Positions 1 through 10,956 of a DNA stretch of 64,000 nucleotides are shown piece after piece. The stretch comes from Glycera tridactyla (taxonomy: Eukaryota): NCBI GenBank assembly GCA_965644265.1, contig OZ286463.1, forward strand, positions 38,502,001 through 38,566,000, read 5' to 3'. The number at the start of each line of letters is the position of its first letter. The first letter of the stretch is position 1. The position numbers and the translations under genes were made by a program. The notes beneath the pieces were generated by a model, which was not told where the DNA came from, did not search any database, and worked only from the letters and a program-made list of their open reading frames with translations.

Positions 1-107
1 GCCAGCTCTCCGTGAATACTCGGTCTTCAGTCAGTGCTTCATAAACAAAACGATTTGAAATATCAATTTCACTAGATTGCACATGTGATCAACCTTAGTT
101 GGTCAGG

Positions 108-1169
108 ATGGAGGTATTCAATGTAACATTTCAGCCAGACAGGGACAATGAAACATTGGCAAGACAGTATTGTATAGTTGCTGGATTCTGGATACAAACT
201 GTATTGGCAACAATAACAATCATCATTGGATTTGCTGGCAACACTCTCTCACTTGTTGTCATGTCTAAAGACACCCAGTCTCCTGTCGCCACGTTCCTCC
301 TGCAGGCAATGTGCATTATCGACAATGCCTTTCTGGTGTTATATCTGATGAATTTTTCTCTGCGACAGGCCTTCAAATATTGGGATGTCGAAACTACTCT
401 CCATTATTCATGGAAGTATGTTCGTGTCATCAGCTTTCCAATTCTGTTCATGACGCAAACTGCCACGATCTGGATCACGGTATTGATAGCTGTCACTCGC
501 TATATCTCCATCTGTATCCCATACCGCGCGGCGTCCTGGGTCACCCTGCCAAGAGCCAAATGGAGTGTAGCCGGGCTCCTCATATTCTCCGTGGCTTATA
601 ATATGCCGCGATTCTTTGAAATCGCCGTCGAGCGTAACGTCACGTCAACTGGTGAGACCATACACAGACTAAAATACACATGGCTTGTTCACGACTGGCA
701 CTACAAACAGATCTATTTCAACACTCTCTACTACATTGTCTGCTTCATCATTCCCCTGCTACTCCTCTCTGTCCTTAACACCAGATTGACCTTAGCCTAC
801 CGCAAGATACAGGAAAACCGAGCACGTATGAATCTGCGTACAGAGCAGGAGAACAATATCACCTTAGTCATGATTATCGTGGTGCTTGTTTTCATCTTGT
901 GTCAAGCCCCCGCACGACTTGTTCAGCTTGCTTGGGGATATATTTATGGACAATGTAACAACGCCAGGTTTTTTGTCATTGAACTTAGTAAGTATCTGGA
1001 GCTTGTGAACTCCTCAGTCAACTTCTTTATCTATTGCGCTTTCAGGAAGCAGTTCCGCACATCACTGTCTCATATGTTTTGCGGACCCTATACTGCTGTT
1101 CCTGGCCGGAATGACTCACTGCTCTCGCGAAATGGCACCACAAAATCTATGAAAGAAACGACCTGTTGA
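108..1169 (+). CDS. Class A (rhodopsin-like) GPCR, FMRFamide-receptor-like / invertebrate peptide-receptor group; single coding exon, 353 aa from the ATG at 108
   Basis: Uninterrupted ORF with seven hydrophobic segments. Motifs: TM1 GNTLSLVV, TM2 IDNAFL, TM3 QTATIWITVLIAVTRYISICIP (DRY position = TRY), TM4 YNMPRFFE, TM5 CFIIP, TM6 VFILCQAP, TM7 NSSVNFFIY, helix 8 FRKQF. N-terminal N-glycosylation sequons NVT and NET. The ORF track starts at TTG 99; the first ATG is at 108. The ligand cannot be assigned from sequence. Confidence 0.95.
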   Translation: MEVFNVTFQPDRDNETLARQYCIVAGFWIQTVLATITIIIGFAGNTLSLVVMSKDTQSPVATFLLQAMCIIDNAFLVLYLMNFSLRQAFKYWDVETTLHYSWKYVRVISFPILFMTQTATIWITVLIAVTRYISICIPYRAASWVTLPRAKWSVAGLLIFSVAYNMPRFFEIAVERNVTSTGETIHRLKYTWLVHDWHYKQIYFNTLYYIVCFIIPLLLLSVLNTRLTLAYRKIQENRARMNLRTEQENNITLVMIIVVLVFILCQAPARLVQLAWGYIYGQCNNARFFVIELSKYLELVNSSVNFFIYCAFRKQFRTSLSHMFCGPYTAVPGRNDSLLSRNGTTKSMKETTC

Positions 1170-1817
1170 ATAAGACCCGATCCCTCGAATGATGATCTCC
1201 GAAAACAGATGTTGTTGGAATGTCAACCAGTAGCAGTTTCCAATTGTGACTATAATCTGTCCAATCCCAATGATGAATACCGTTGGTTCTGAAAGTGGTC
1301 CAGCTGTTTGGCAAGGATCTAGAAATTGAGAATTTTACACCACGTGTGGTACTCGGGGAATCACAATTTCCCTTGACCCTTACCAATACACAGGTGTCCA
1401 TCTCATTACAATTTACCTCTTTATAAAAAAAAAACACACGACACAATTATCTTCAAAAGAATGTGGTCGCTGTGAATTCGTACGTCTTCAGCAATGTTCG
1501 TTTTCATTTCTTGGCATTTATTGGTCAGATCGGCTGGCAATATTAGACGTTGAGAGTATAGCAAAGCATCAGTGATATGCCGGCCTCACGAACTTCACAG
1601 CGTGAGATTAAGTATTCGGAAGCTGTTGTCAAAAAAGTCGAGCCGGGATAACATTAGTAGGCAACAATGCCGTTGGCTGGATAGAATCTGATAGGTATTG
1701 CACTTGTGAGCCATGGCGATATGGGACATTGAAGTGTAGCTCTCGCCACCGCTGCTGCTACCCAATGAGTTGTGTACACGTGATTTATCGTGAGGAATAT
1801 TTCATTTACGACCGCAA

Positions 1818-1823
1818 AATAAA
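1818..1823 (+). promoter_or_regulatory. Candidate polyadenylation signal (AATAAA) for the GPCR transcript
   Basis: An AATAAA about 650 bp downstream of the stop codon. Hexamer only, with no transcript evidence. Confidence 0.2.
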
Positions 1824-2519
1824 CAAATGCAGCCTCAGCTGACATTGTAGCAGGAAAATATATGGTTATTGAAGTAATCGCTCATATCCCATTCGACCAT
1901 TTGGAATTCAGACGCTTGAGTCATTGCTGATATCAACATTTATCTCAAACAGATATCGAAGTATCAAGATCAATGCGGCTCGATACTCTCCTAGATGGTA
2001 GGAATATAGTTATGGAACCATGTAGCACCTTAATCACTCATATCATTTCCACTGTCCAGGCTCATCCAGATGGCATACATAAGTTCTTTTCTCATTTCCT
2101 GTTTCCTATAAGCGAGATAATGAAACCATCGAACTGTTTGTATTCTGAACAATCTATACTTTAAAGATTTCTAGATGGTACACGATGGCATAAGGGCTGG
2201 TACTCATGAGATGTCAAAATCTGCTCTTTATTTCCATTTGTCCGTCTGCACGCTCGAGCTCATGCTGGATCATGCTGATTAACCTCTATCTGAAACTATA
2301 GCGACCTGGAGTAAGGATGAATCTGGTGATAATATATTGGATTGAATATGATGCTAGTTGATGACATACACTCTAGGTGTGTTCATGTACAGTGTGTATT
2401 TATTGTAATTCATGTGTATTTTGGTTGTATTCAATACTGGCGCACGTTCACTACCATATATTTTCCATACCAAATACTTGTCTTGCTGGACTTTTTACCA
2501 AAATTTATAATTGTCCTTC

Positions 2520-2790
2520 ATGTGTAGCAAAAGCATTCACGTTTGACTGGCAGGACCATCGTACCGATGTGGTCGACAGGGTGTGGTCGAAGGAGAGACT
2601 GTCATCCACTGAAAACTCGCAAATACCATTCTGATGGCTCGGCTGGACAAAATTGAATGGTTGTATGGTGTATGTATGTCGAGTCTCACTGTTATGTACG
2701 TATCGGGAAGTGAAATGGAATTCAAACAGAAACACCCGGTGCACCTTGCTGACCTTAGTACCATTACGATCAGTTTGGTCGTATTCGAAA
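2520..2790 (+). mobile_element. Possible decayed RTE-clade LINE ORF2 C-terminal fragment
   Basis: Translation DWQDHRTDVVDRVWSKERLSSTENSQIPF*WLGW resembles the RTE post-RT region (I.WQD.V.N.EVL...LPSI...RL.WLGH). Short and degenerate. Confidence 0.3.
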
Positions 2791-4576
2791 TGGTGATCAC
2801 ATCAGAATATACCTACCCCAGCTATGAATGAGTGACCTTCTTTAAAGGAAGGGATAAACCATGTTGCAATCCATACAAGCTCGCTTCGCGAGAAATGGTA
2901 CCGACAGGCGTGATACCGAGATATAAAACATTTTTCATTTGTGGAGATCTTGGCGAATGGGGCGAATGCGCAGATGATCTATAAACACTCAAACCAACTT
3001 TTGTCTTTGGACCTCTGAATGCTGGCGCAGATATCAAACCTGATATGAAGTTGAATCAATAATATGTATGGGTCGGCGGAGCTGCTGATCGCATCAAACG
3101 AATTCTCTAAATGCAAGTGAAATAATGAGGATATAATAGAGAGTGAGGATGATGCCGGCAATGAAATTGTGCCTTGAACAAGGTTTGTGTAAGTTCGCCC
3201 AGTATTTGGTTTTTGTCTAGGTTGATTAGAAGAACATTTCATAACCTGGAGGATGACATATATTCGAGAGACCGAAGATAATGAGACTTGTCCGTATTTC
3301 TCTCTAAATCTTGGGGTTGTAAACATCAATCCATATCAGACTACTTTCAGAACTATTGAGCATTGTTGTTCAATTGTGATACGAGAGGGCAAAGAAAGAT
3401 TCTTGTTTGTTTTTCATTCTCATCAGTTGTTCTTCAAGGAGACCTGAATCATCCCGGAGCCCTCAGGGCAAATGCTTCAATGTCAATCACAAGATGTATG
3501 ATTCAAAAACTGAGCAGACCATTTTCAACAAATGTTCACTTTTGAACTAATAACCTGCGACTCCTGAATTCACATTATAGTTAGGATCTCTGATAGTGAA
3601 CAGTCCTAGTGGAAATTTGATGAGGATATGTACATGGTCGACATATTCGAGATGTGATTGAATTGTGATCGATATATGATGATGACGGTCATCATGTCGT
3701 CTGATTTGGCACTGACCACTATAGATAGGAGGCAATTCTATGACATCCAAAACGGGTGTCTCCAAATACGCAGGGTGTGAAAATCTAGCATCGATTCTAT
3801 ACAACACCCAATAAGCGAGACGCTCACGAAGATGTAATCCAACATGTGATGATTCCAGAAACTATCAATTTCGATACACACACCAAAATACTCCATATCA
3901 AAGAGTATATATACATATCACTGAAAATGTAAGATTCATTGTAACCGAGATACTTGATAATTATATCCCTCACTTCTCACTCTTAACTAGTTTGTCAATG
4001 AAAGACATATCTGTGGGCCACGATCTCAGATCGTACTCGGAATTTGAATTCGCTATTCATGAGATGTATATGATGGTTTTTCAGATCCGCCATGCACAGT
4101 CATTGAATCGAAAATGTCTGAAAAGAATGCCATTCTTTAATTATCGTTCAGCTCGATAACCATTACATGGAACACAAAAATTAAGCAAAGCAGGTTCTGA
4201 AGGGGATGCAGGTGAATGGTACATGTATCCCAAAACTGTCAACGCCAGCCTTTTCTGAATACAATAAATGAAATCAGGGAAATCACTTACTAAGCGTGAC
4301 AGTCTTTGTTGTGTTCTGGGAGAAGAGGCTGCTCACTAGGCAGTCCAACCGCCTAACTAGCTTGTCTACATGGACAATCAGGCCTGACATGACATGACAA
4401 TGTATGTTAATATGCCCATCGCAACCATTCCCTGTCAACATGCGCTATTACTGTCACCAGCCTACATCTACATACACATATGACAATCACCCACAAGGTA
4501 AGACAGGGTCACCATCCTATATAATGAGGCATGATAATGAGGATGTCATGCAATGAATGTGATGAAATACGGTTAA

Positions 4577-5300
4577 AACATACCTTTCCGAATCGTAAAA
4601 CGAATTGTCTCCTTGATCCTCACAGACCAGCTCTTCTCGCGCCTTATCGACGTAATTGCCGTGAGAGATCACCAGCCATTCGTTTGCTCTGAATTCATCG
4701 GTGTTCGTGATCTCTATGAAACTAGATGTGAAGAATTTAATGGATTCCTGACAACATTCAACAGTGTGAAGAAATCCCTGCAATACAACTACATCAAGAA
4801 TTGCCTCACCAAAAATATTGTGGGTAGACATGAAACGCCTTTGTTCTCTCACTGCGAAAGACCACACTTGGTCCGAAGAAGAACTTGAATATCTTGTGAA
4901 AATGTGCACGCGGCTCAGCGCCGCTTGTTCTTAAAAAAACACCTCTCATGCCGATATTTTTCCCGGATCTTGAAAGCTAACAATTGTAACATCATTTCAC
5001 AGAGAAGGGGTCACCAGTCATGTTAGAAACTTTGGCCATATATCTATAATCCTATCCTCAGGAGAATTGGTGGAATGACTGCTTCATGACAGATTATATT
5101 CATATCATCAAAGAGACCTGCTTGATCAGTGTCCTGGGTGATATTTATCGGGGAACTGTAAGGAGAGGTCGCTTTCTGAATTCGAAGAAAGCTCTCAATG
5201 TGGTTTACAATGTAGTGGTTATGGACCACTTGTATTACATTGGCCTGGATATGAATACAACAATATAGTGTCAAAGGTTATGACATTCTCTGAATATAGC
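4577..5300 (+). mobile_element. Decayed Penelope-like element (RT C-terminal region followed by a GIY-YIG endonuclease)
   Basis: 4577 onward reads NIPFRIVKRIVSLILTDQLFSRLIDV, like the PLE 'NIPF.LARRI..IVS...RL.EL' segment. 5197-5244 reads NVVYNVVVMDHLYYIG followed by ..*CQRL*H, matching the GIY-YIG signature NVVY-x9-YIG...R..H. A frame-shifted TGT AGT GGT TAT sits at the expected CxxC position. Stops and frameshifts are present. Confidence 0.6.
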
Positions 5301-7630
5301 CATTAGGACTGTACCCTCAATAAACTGCTTCAGAAAGATATAAAGCGGAGCAATTATGTTGATTGAGAGGGGTTGATATATTTCCATGTGCAGGCAGAAA
5401 AACTAGCCAATCTCCATAACAGTACATGAAATTGAAATCGTCTTGTGGTCAACAAACCAAGGTTTGATACATACTTTTTTATATCATACTATATTAGAAT
5501 ATAATATTAGAATAATATCGAATGCCTGGTCAGAAAGCTGGAATCGGCATCACATTGGTGTAGCTGTGCTAGTATATTGTTGTGTGAGTATGCGTGTGGG
5601 TGTGGGTGTGTATGTCCGTCTGACTGCTTGTGTTTATAAGTATGTATAACCTGACTCAATGAACTGCACTATTCTGGTGATGATGCCGCCAAGTTTGGCC
5701 GGAACCACGAACATGGTCAGTGAGCTACTTGGAAGCATGTGATGCTCAGATGAATACTGGGTCAATAGTCTTTTATATGCACTGCTACTTACTCAATTGA
5801 TTGGTGTGTTTGTCTCTCGTATATTGTCTTTAATTTGCTGGTTTATGGCTGTTTTATTGAGTCTTCATGTCACCCTACAAGGTTTATTTTTCCCAATTTT
5901 TTTAATTTGTCGCAGAGCTGAACAGAAAATATGAGTGAACATTTCCGGGGATCGGTGGTAACTGACAACTCATCGTAAATGAATTGAATCGATTCATCAC
6001 CTAATGATGAAGCCTTTTTGTCGTAATGCACGTCTCGTCACTAGCAACATTTTGACTCAGATACCAGATTGCTTGAGTGTTGTAACATTATTCAACTCGC
6101 CGACTATGTTGTCATAGTCATTCAACTAATGTGATAAATGTACTGTGGACATATGCGTGATCTACTGTATTTTAATTATTTTGGTCCGTCCCTGTCTTGT
6201 GTTTGGGTAAATTACTCAGATTTCTAGCCGTTGGTAGTTCTTCATTCTCCTTTCACTTCTTCACCTGTTATATGTACGGTACCATAGAAGAGGTTTTATT
6301 GGATCATAGTTCATTTATTCATTTGATGAATATGTCGTCTCCGTTTGTATGATAAAAAACTGCATTGGTATCATACCGGGTGTGTATCCTGCTATCGATA
6401 TGACACCAGACATACCTTCTTGCTATTCTTGCTATAATGTAGAGTAGTGTATTGTTGCACCAAGTACCTGTTTAATACTCTCATTTCCCTGATCACATCC
6501 ACATGCGGGCAAACTCAAGCTTACCGTATACCCAAACATATTATTGTTGAAATTTACTCTGAAATGAACAGACAATGCCATCGCAATCATCAGTGTCTAT
6601 TTTGTAAATAAAATGACATATCTTTCTTGACATGGTTAGCAGATAACGATGGCATGAATAGGTTTTCCATCTGTCAAGCCAATATAAATAAGCTTATACA
6701 ACCATTCAGTGTGAGCATGTCGTACTTATTTCCATGGTTTTCGAGAAAGATGGCAGGCTAGTATACCCACTTGAATTCGGATTTCAACCATTTAGGGCAC
6801 CATTTAGGGGACCTACATCTCAAAGTGCTGACTTTCAGTGGGGTATTCAAAATGATAATTGTTTATACTCCTTCCCGAGGATTCACCCGAATGTGATCTA
6901 CGTGCTGAGGGCGAGTGAACTACTTGGGAAATCGTTCATTCATGGGTTGGGAAGGGAGTAATCACGATAATTCGCTACTGTCGGTCAGCAGGAGATAGAT
7001 TTTCCGATATCCCACTACAGAATGTTTATAAAAGGTTGCACAGATTTGATGCTGCTTCTCTCAATGGCTGCTCGATTGTTCGAACCGCCCGCCTAAATAA
7101 AAGCATGTCTGTCAATTTCAACTCATTTTATAAAACTGAATCAAGGATATAAATGTATCACCTGATGGATCTACTCAAGGGGAGGGGTATGACATAGTCA
7201 CACTTCAGTTTGGCTCGATGTGCATATCACCACTATGTATTATGCATCATCTGTCTTGACTTACCAGACCGCGGGGTGTGTTTCAGTCTCGAGGACACTT
7301 GATACTCCAACGTGATCAAGTGCGCCTAGTTGGAATGATATTTGGGAATGTCTGTTGTAGTGATTGCAAATTCAGAAGGATGGCAGTCATCTATGTGATA
7401 GATATGGCGAAAAGTACTTGTATTGCGAATGAGATGGCTGAGAGAAAAACGACATCACAATGATATTCCCCGCACCCACTAACGAATGCCAAACCATTGT
7501 CTGGTGGATCAATACAGTGTTTTGCTCGATCTTCAGAGCATGCCTGCAACCACATATAAACACATACGCATGCACAACACATACATTCATAACCACATCT
7601 GCACACATATACGTACACTACAACACACGA

Positions 7631-7831
7631 NNNNNNNNNNNNNNNNNNNNNNNNNNNNNNNNNNNNNNNNNNNNNNNNNNNNNNNNNNNNNNNNNNNNNN
7701 NNNNNNNNNNNNNNNNNNNNNNNNNNNNNNNNNNNNNNNNNNNNNNNNNNNNNNNNNNNNNNNNNNNNNNNNNNNNNNNNNNNNNNNNNNNNNNNNNNNN
7801 NNNNNNNNNNNNNNNNNNNNNNNNNNNNNNN
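7631..7831. other. Assembly gap (201 N) flanked by CA-rich low-complexity sequence
   Basis: Run of N. The X-containing ORFs that span it are artefacts. Confidence 0.98.
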
Positions 7832-8806
7832 CACACTGGCACATTAACGAGCATAGGCATCGATACAGAATGACACACATATTCACATGTTCACACATTC
7901 ACACATTCGAGCATGCCTGCACAGTTGCACACACACGTGATCATAAATTCAGACCGACGAACAACACGCACATGCGCGCAGATGCCAAACGAGGAGCTAT
8001 GAAAAGCCGAGTGCCACTAGCAGCGATTGGTGGCATACTTGCATGATTCTGAAATCGCTTTTTCATGGGGCCGGGAATGTTGGCGGTCATTCCGTGAGTC
8101 CTGGCGGCAGTTGTTATCCACCAGCATGATTATCCAATATTAGACAAAGATGCCCTAAATATCTTCAAAAGTATCTTTTTGGATGCCTACATGAAATTCC
8201 CTTGACCAAATCTCAGCTGCTCAACGTCAATCGGGAATATCCGTACGATACGAATATCAAGTGTAAAATGATCACGAATTCATACCAACAATGTAGTATA
8301 GGGAAGATCATCTACATATACGGTGTCAGATATTTGCAGCGAGAGTAAAGCATGAGGCCAGTCAAGACTAGAGTCTTTTTGGTGAGAAGGTTTTGATTTT
8401 GGGATCATTCATTGAATATCATTAGAAGTTATAGCTAATAGCTATCTTGATTTGGACTGGAGACCATCTTTTACTGATCTGCAATGAATATGCTCATAAT
8501 CTACCACTGGGCTTTTCCCCATATGGCATACATCATTTTTCCAGTGTGTCTCGCTGTTTGTGTCACATATCGCATAAGGTTTAGAACGTTGAACTGTTTA
8601 TATACCAATCATCCTCGACAATAGGGAATGGTCGACCTCGAGAGTGAATGTATATGATGTATATGTATATACTTCGTGTATGAACGATATAGTTCATGTA
8701 TTCGGCTGTCGTTTAATGTTTTGCTGTAAATCGTACATAATACAGATACATATGCTGACTGTATTCGGTGTCCGAGTTGAATCTGTTCATATTTTTTCGA
8801 ACGGTA

Positions 8807-8905
8807 ATCATCATCATGATCATCATCATGATTATCAACATCGTCGTCGTCGGTGTCGCCGTCGTCGTCGTCGTTATCATCGTCATCGTCATCGTCGCCG
8901 TCGTC
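8807..8905. repeat. Compound (CAT)n/(CGT)n microsatellite
   Basis: atcatcatcatgatcatcatcatg...cgtcgtcgtc...catcgtcatcgtcgccgtcgt. This explains the poly-His/Arg ORF 8644-8976. Confidence 0.9.
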
Positions 8906-10435
8906 TGAATGAGCGGGGCTCCAAAAGTGTCACTGAAGTGCCAGGATTGCCTTTCGAACTAAGTGGGGATATGTAATGCCAAAAACTCAAAGTAAAATAT
9001 CAGCGCTCACCCCACTACCGGTAAGCTATCGAGTCAATTTTCTCCATGTGCAACAAGGTTAGTTAGAGCGCTCACTGATTGATAGCGCTGATCATGCACA
9101 GCGGAAAATACGAAACAACTATTTCAACAATTTATTTTATTCTCACCTCTCTCATAAGCACTACTGGAAAATATTGCATGCTCATTTTCTCCTGATTGGC
9201 AACATCCTAATGGAATGGTCATGTTGTCCGAGTCAATCTGAGTCTGACATGAACTCCATAACCTGTACGGTTTTTAAAAAAGCTAGTGTGATTACCGAGT
9301 AAATCCAATGATATCTCATACCATCACCTCTATCCTAAGAATTGAACTGACGTCTGAAAGAGAAAAGTATCTTCGTGAATACCTGAGAGTGGGTTCTATA
9401 TAATGTTGAACAATATGTTCTAATGAAACTGACAATGCCCAATAATAACGTATTGACCCAATAGTACATTGATAATCAGTGAATTGAATAATTGCGAGTG
9501 AGAAAAGGCATCCGACTGAAAAGGTATGCCAGCAGTCAAACAAAACTCACTGCATTTCAAACTTGAGTAATGGCAAAGACCGACTGCTGTTCATTCGAAT
9601 AGATACGGATGCAGTATTGAAGCATCATTCAGAGCTATCGCTTTGTTAGCATCTGCAAACGTAGGTATTGAGCAAGCCAATCAATTCATGCATAAAAACC
9701 AAGTTCAAAATGATGTTCAAATGTGGGCGAAAATTGTAGGCGAACACATGAAGACATGCACTATAGTCACTCAATACTAATTAGGTCACTGAAAGTGTTG
9801 AGAGGACCAAAGATAAATTTGAAAGTCAAAGTGTACCGTACTTCCATCAACGAGGAAAGCGCCACAGAAGTGATGTGGCATCTGATGAAAACTATTGTAG
9901 TACTAAATGTGAGAAGTACCATGCCCTGTGTTACATGATGGTGGGCCGTTCATCTTTGGCATTCGCACAACAGATAAGATGGCTAGACGACCAGCCGTAT
10001 TGGACACTTCTGACGGACACACTCCTATTTGAAAAAAAATGAGTCTGTTTGAAAATAATTGTGAATATCAATAATTAACGATAGGCCTCACTTGCCAGGA
10101 CGGACCATGAGACAATCTATATTTGCAATGAAACACCGCTCCCAGTGCATCAATTGAGGTTGATAATTCTGATATGTATCCCAGAAGGATATAATGATAT
10201 CATCCTCATGATTGCTAATTACGATTTGATCGGATATATATGCCTAACAGGTCAGATATCGTTCGCTTCGATAATGGTACTGGAGACAATTTCAGCCATT
10301 CCTTTTAGCAGTTGTTCTTGAAAGATGCTGTCTTCAACCGAGGAGTACACATTTGAGCATCAGAGAAGTATTTCCGTTGATTGTGAGAATGCATATGCCA
10401 GTCAGTGTGACTAGTCGGGTCCAAGGGAGGAGGTC

Positions 10436-10956
10436 CAGATGTCACACCATCGATGATACTGAAAAAGGCTCAGATGTCACACCATCGATGATACTGAAAA
10501 AGGCTCAGATGTCACACCATCGATTATAGTGAAAAAGGCTCAGATATCACACCATCGATGATACTGAAAGGGCTCAGATGTCACACCATCGATGATACTG
10601 AAAAAGGCTCAGATATCACACCATCGAAGATACTGAAATATGCTCAGATGTCACACCATCGATGATAGTGAAATAGGCTCAGATGTCACACCAATGATGA
10701 TGATGAAATAGGCTCGGATGTCACACCATTGATGATAGTGAAAAAGGCTCAGATGTCACACCATCGATGATACTGAAATAGGCTCAGATGTCACACCATC
10801 GATGATAGTGAAACAGGCTCAGATGTCACACCATCAACGATACTGTAATAGGTTCAAATGTCACACCATCGATGATACTGAAATGGGCTCAGATGTCACA
10901 CCATGGATGATACTGAAATAGGCTCAGATGTCACACCATCGATGATAGTGAAATAG
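10436..10956. repeat. 35-bp minisatellite, about 15 copies
   Basis: Unit CAGATGTCACACCATCGATGATA(C/G)TGAAA(A/T)AGGCT repeated head-to-tail (starts 10436, 10471, ...). There are no unique spacers. Confidence 0.97.

Noticed and set aside
3750-3860. Minus-strand LDYIFVS (APE endonuclease-like motif)
   Set aside because: A single motif with no ordered supporting motifs.
7387-8046. ORFs spanning N-runs (also at 14.3-15.3, 18.8-19.1, 48.5-49.1 and 52.8-53.4 kb)
   Set aside because: They are open only because NNN is translated as X.
8250-8400. Minus-strand VYVDDL (RT-like motif)
   Set aside because: An isolated motif; the flanking translation does not match RT domains.
8644-8976. 110-aa His/Arg-rich ORF
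   Set aside because: It is a translation of the CAT/CGT microsatellite and has a GTG start.
10436-10956. CRISPR-like appearance of the 35-bp repeats (also the 40-bp array at 28331-28770)
   Set aside because: Units are contiguous with no unique spacers, there are no cas genes, and the context is eukaryotic.
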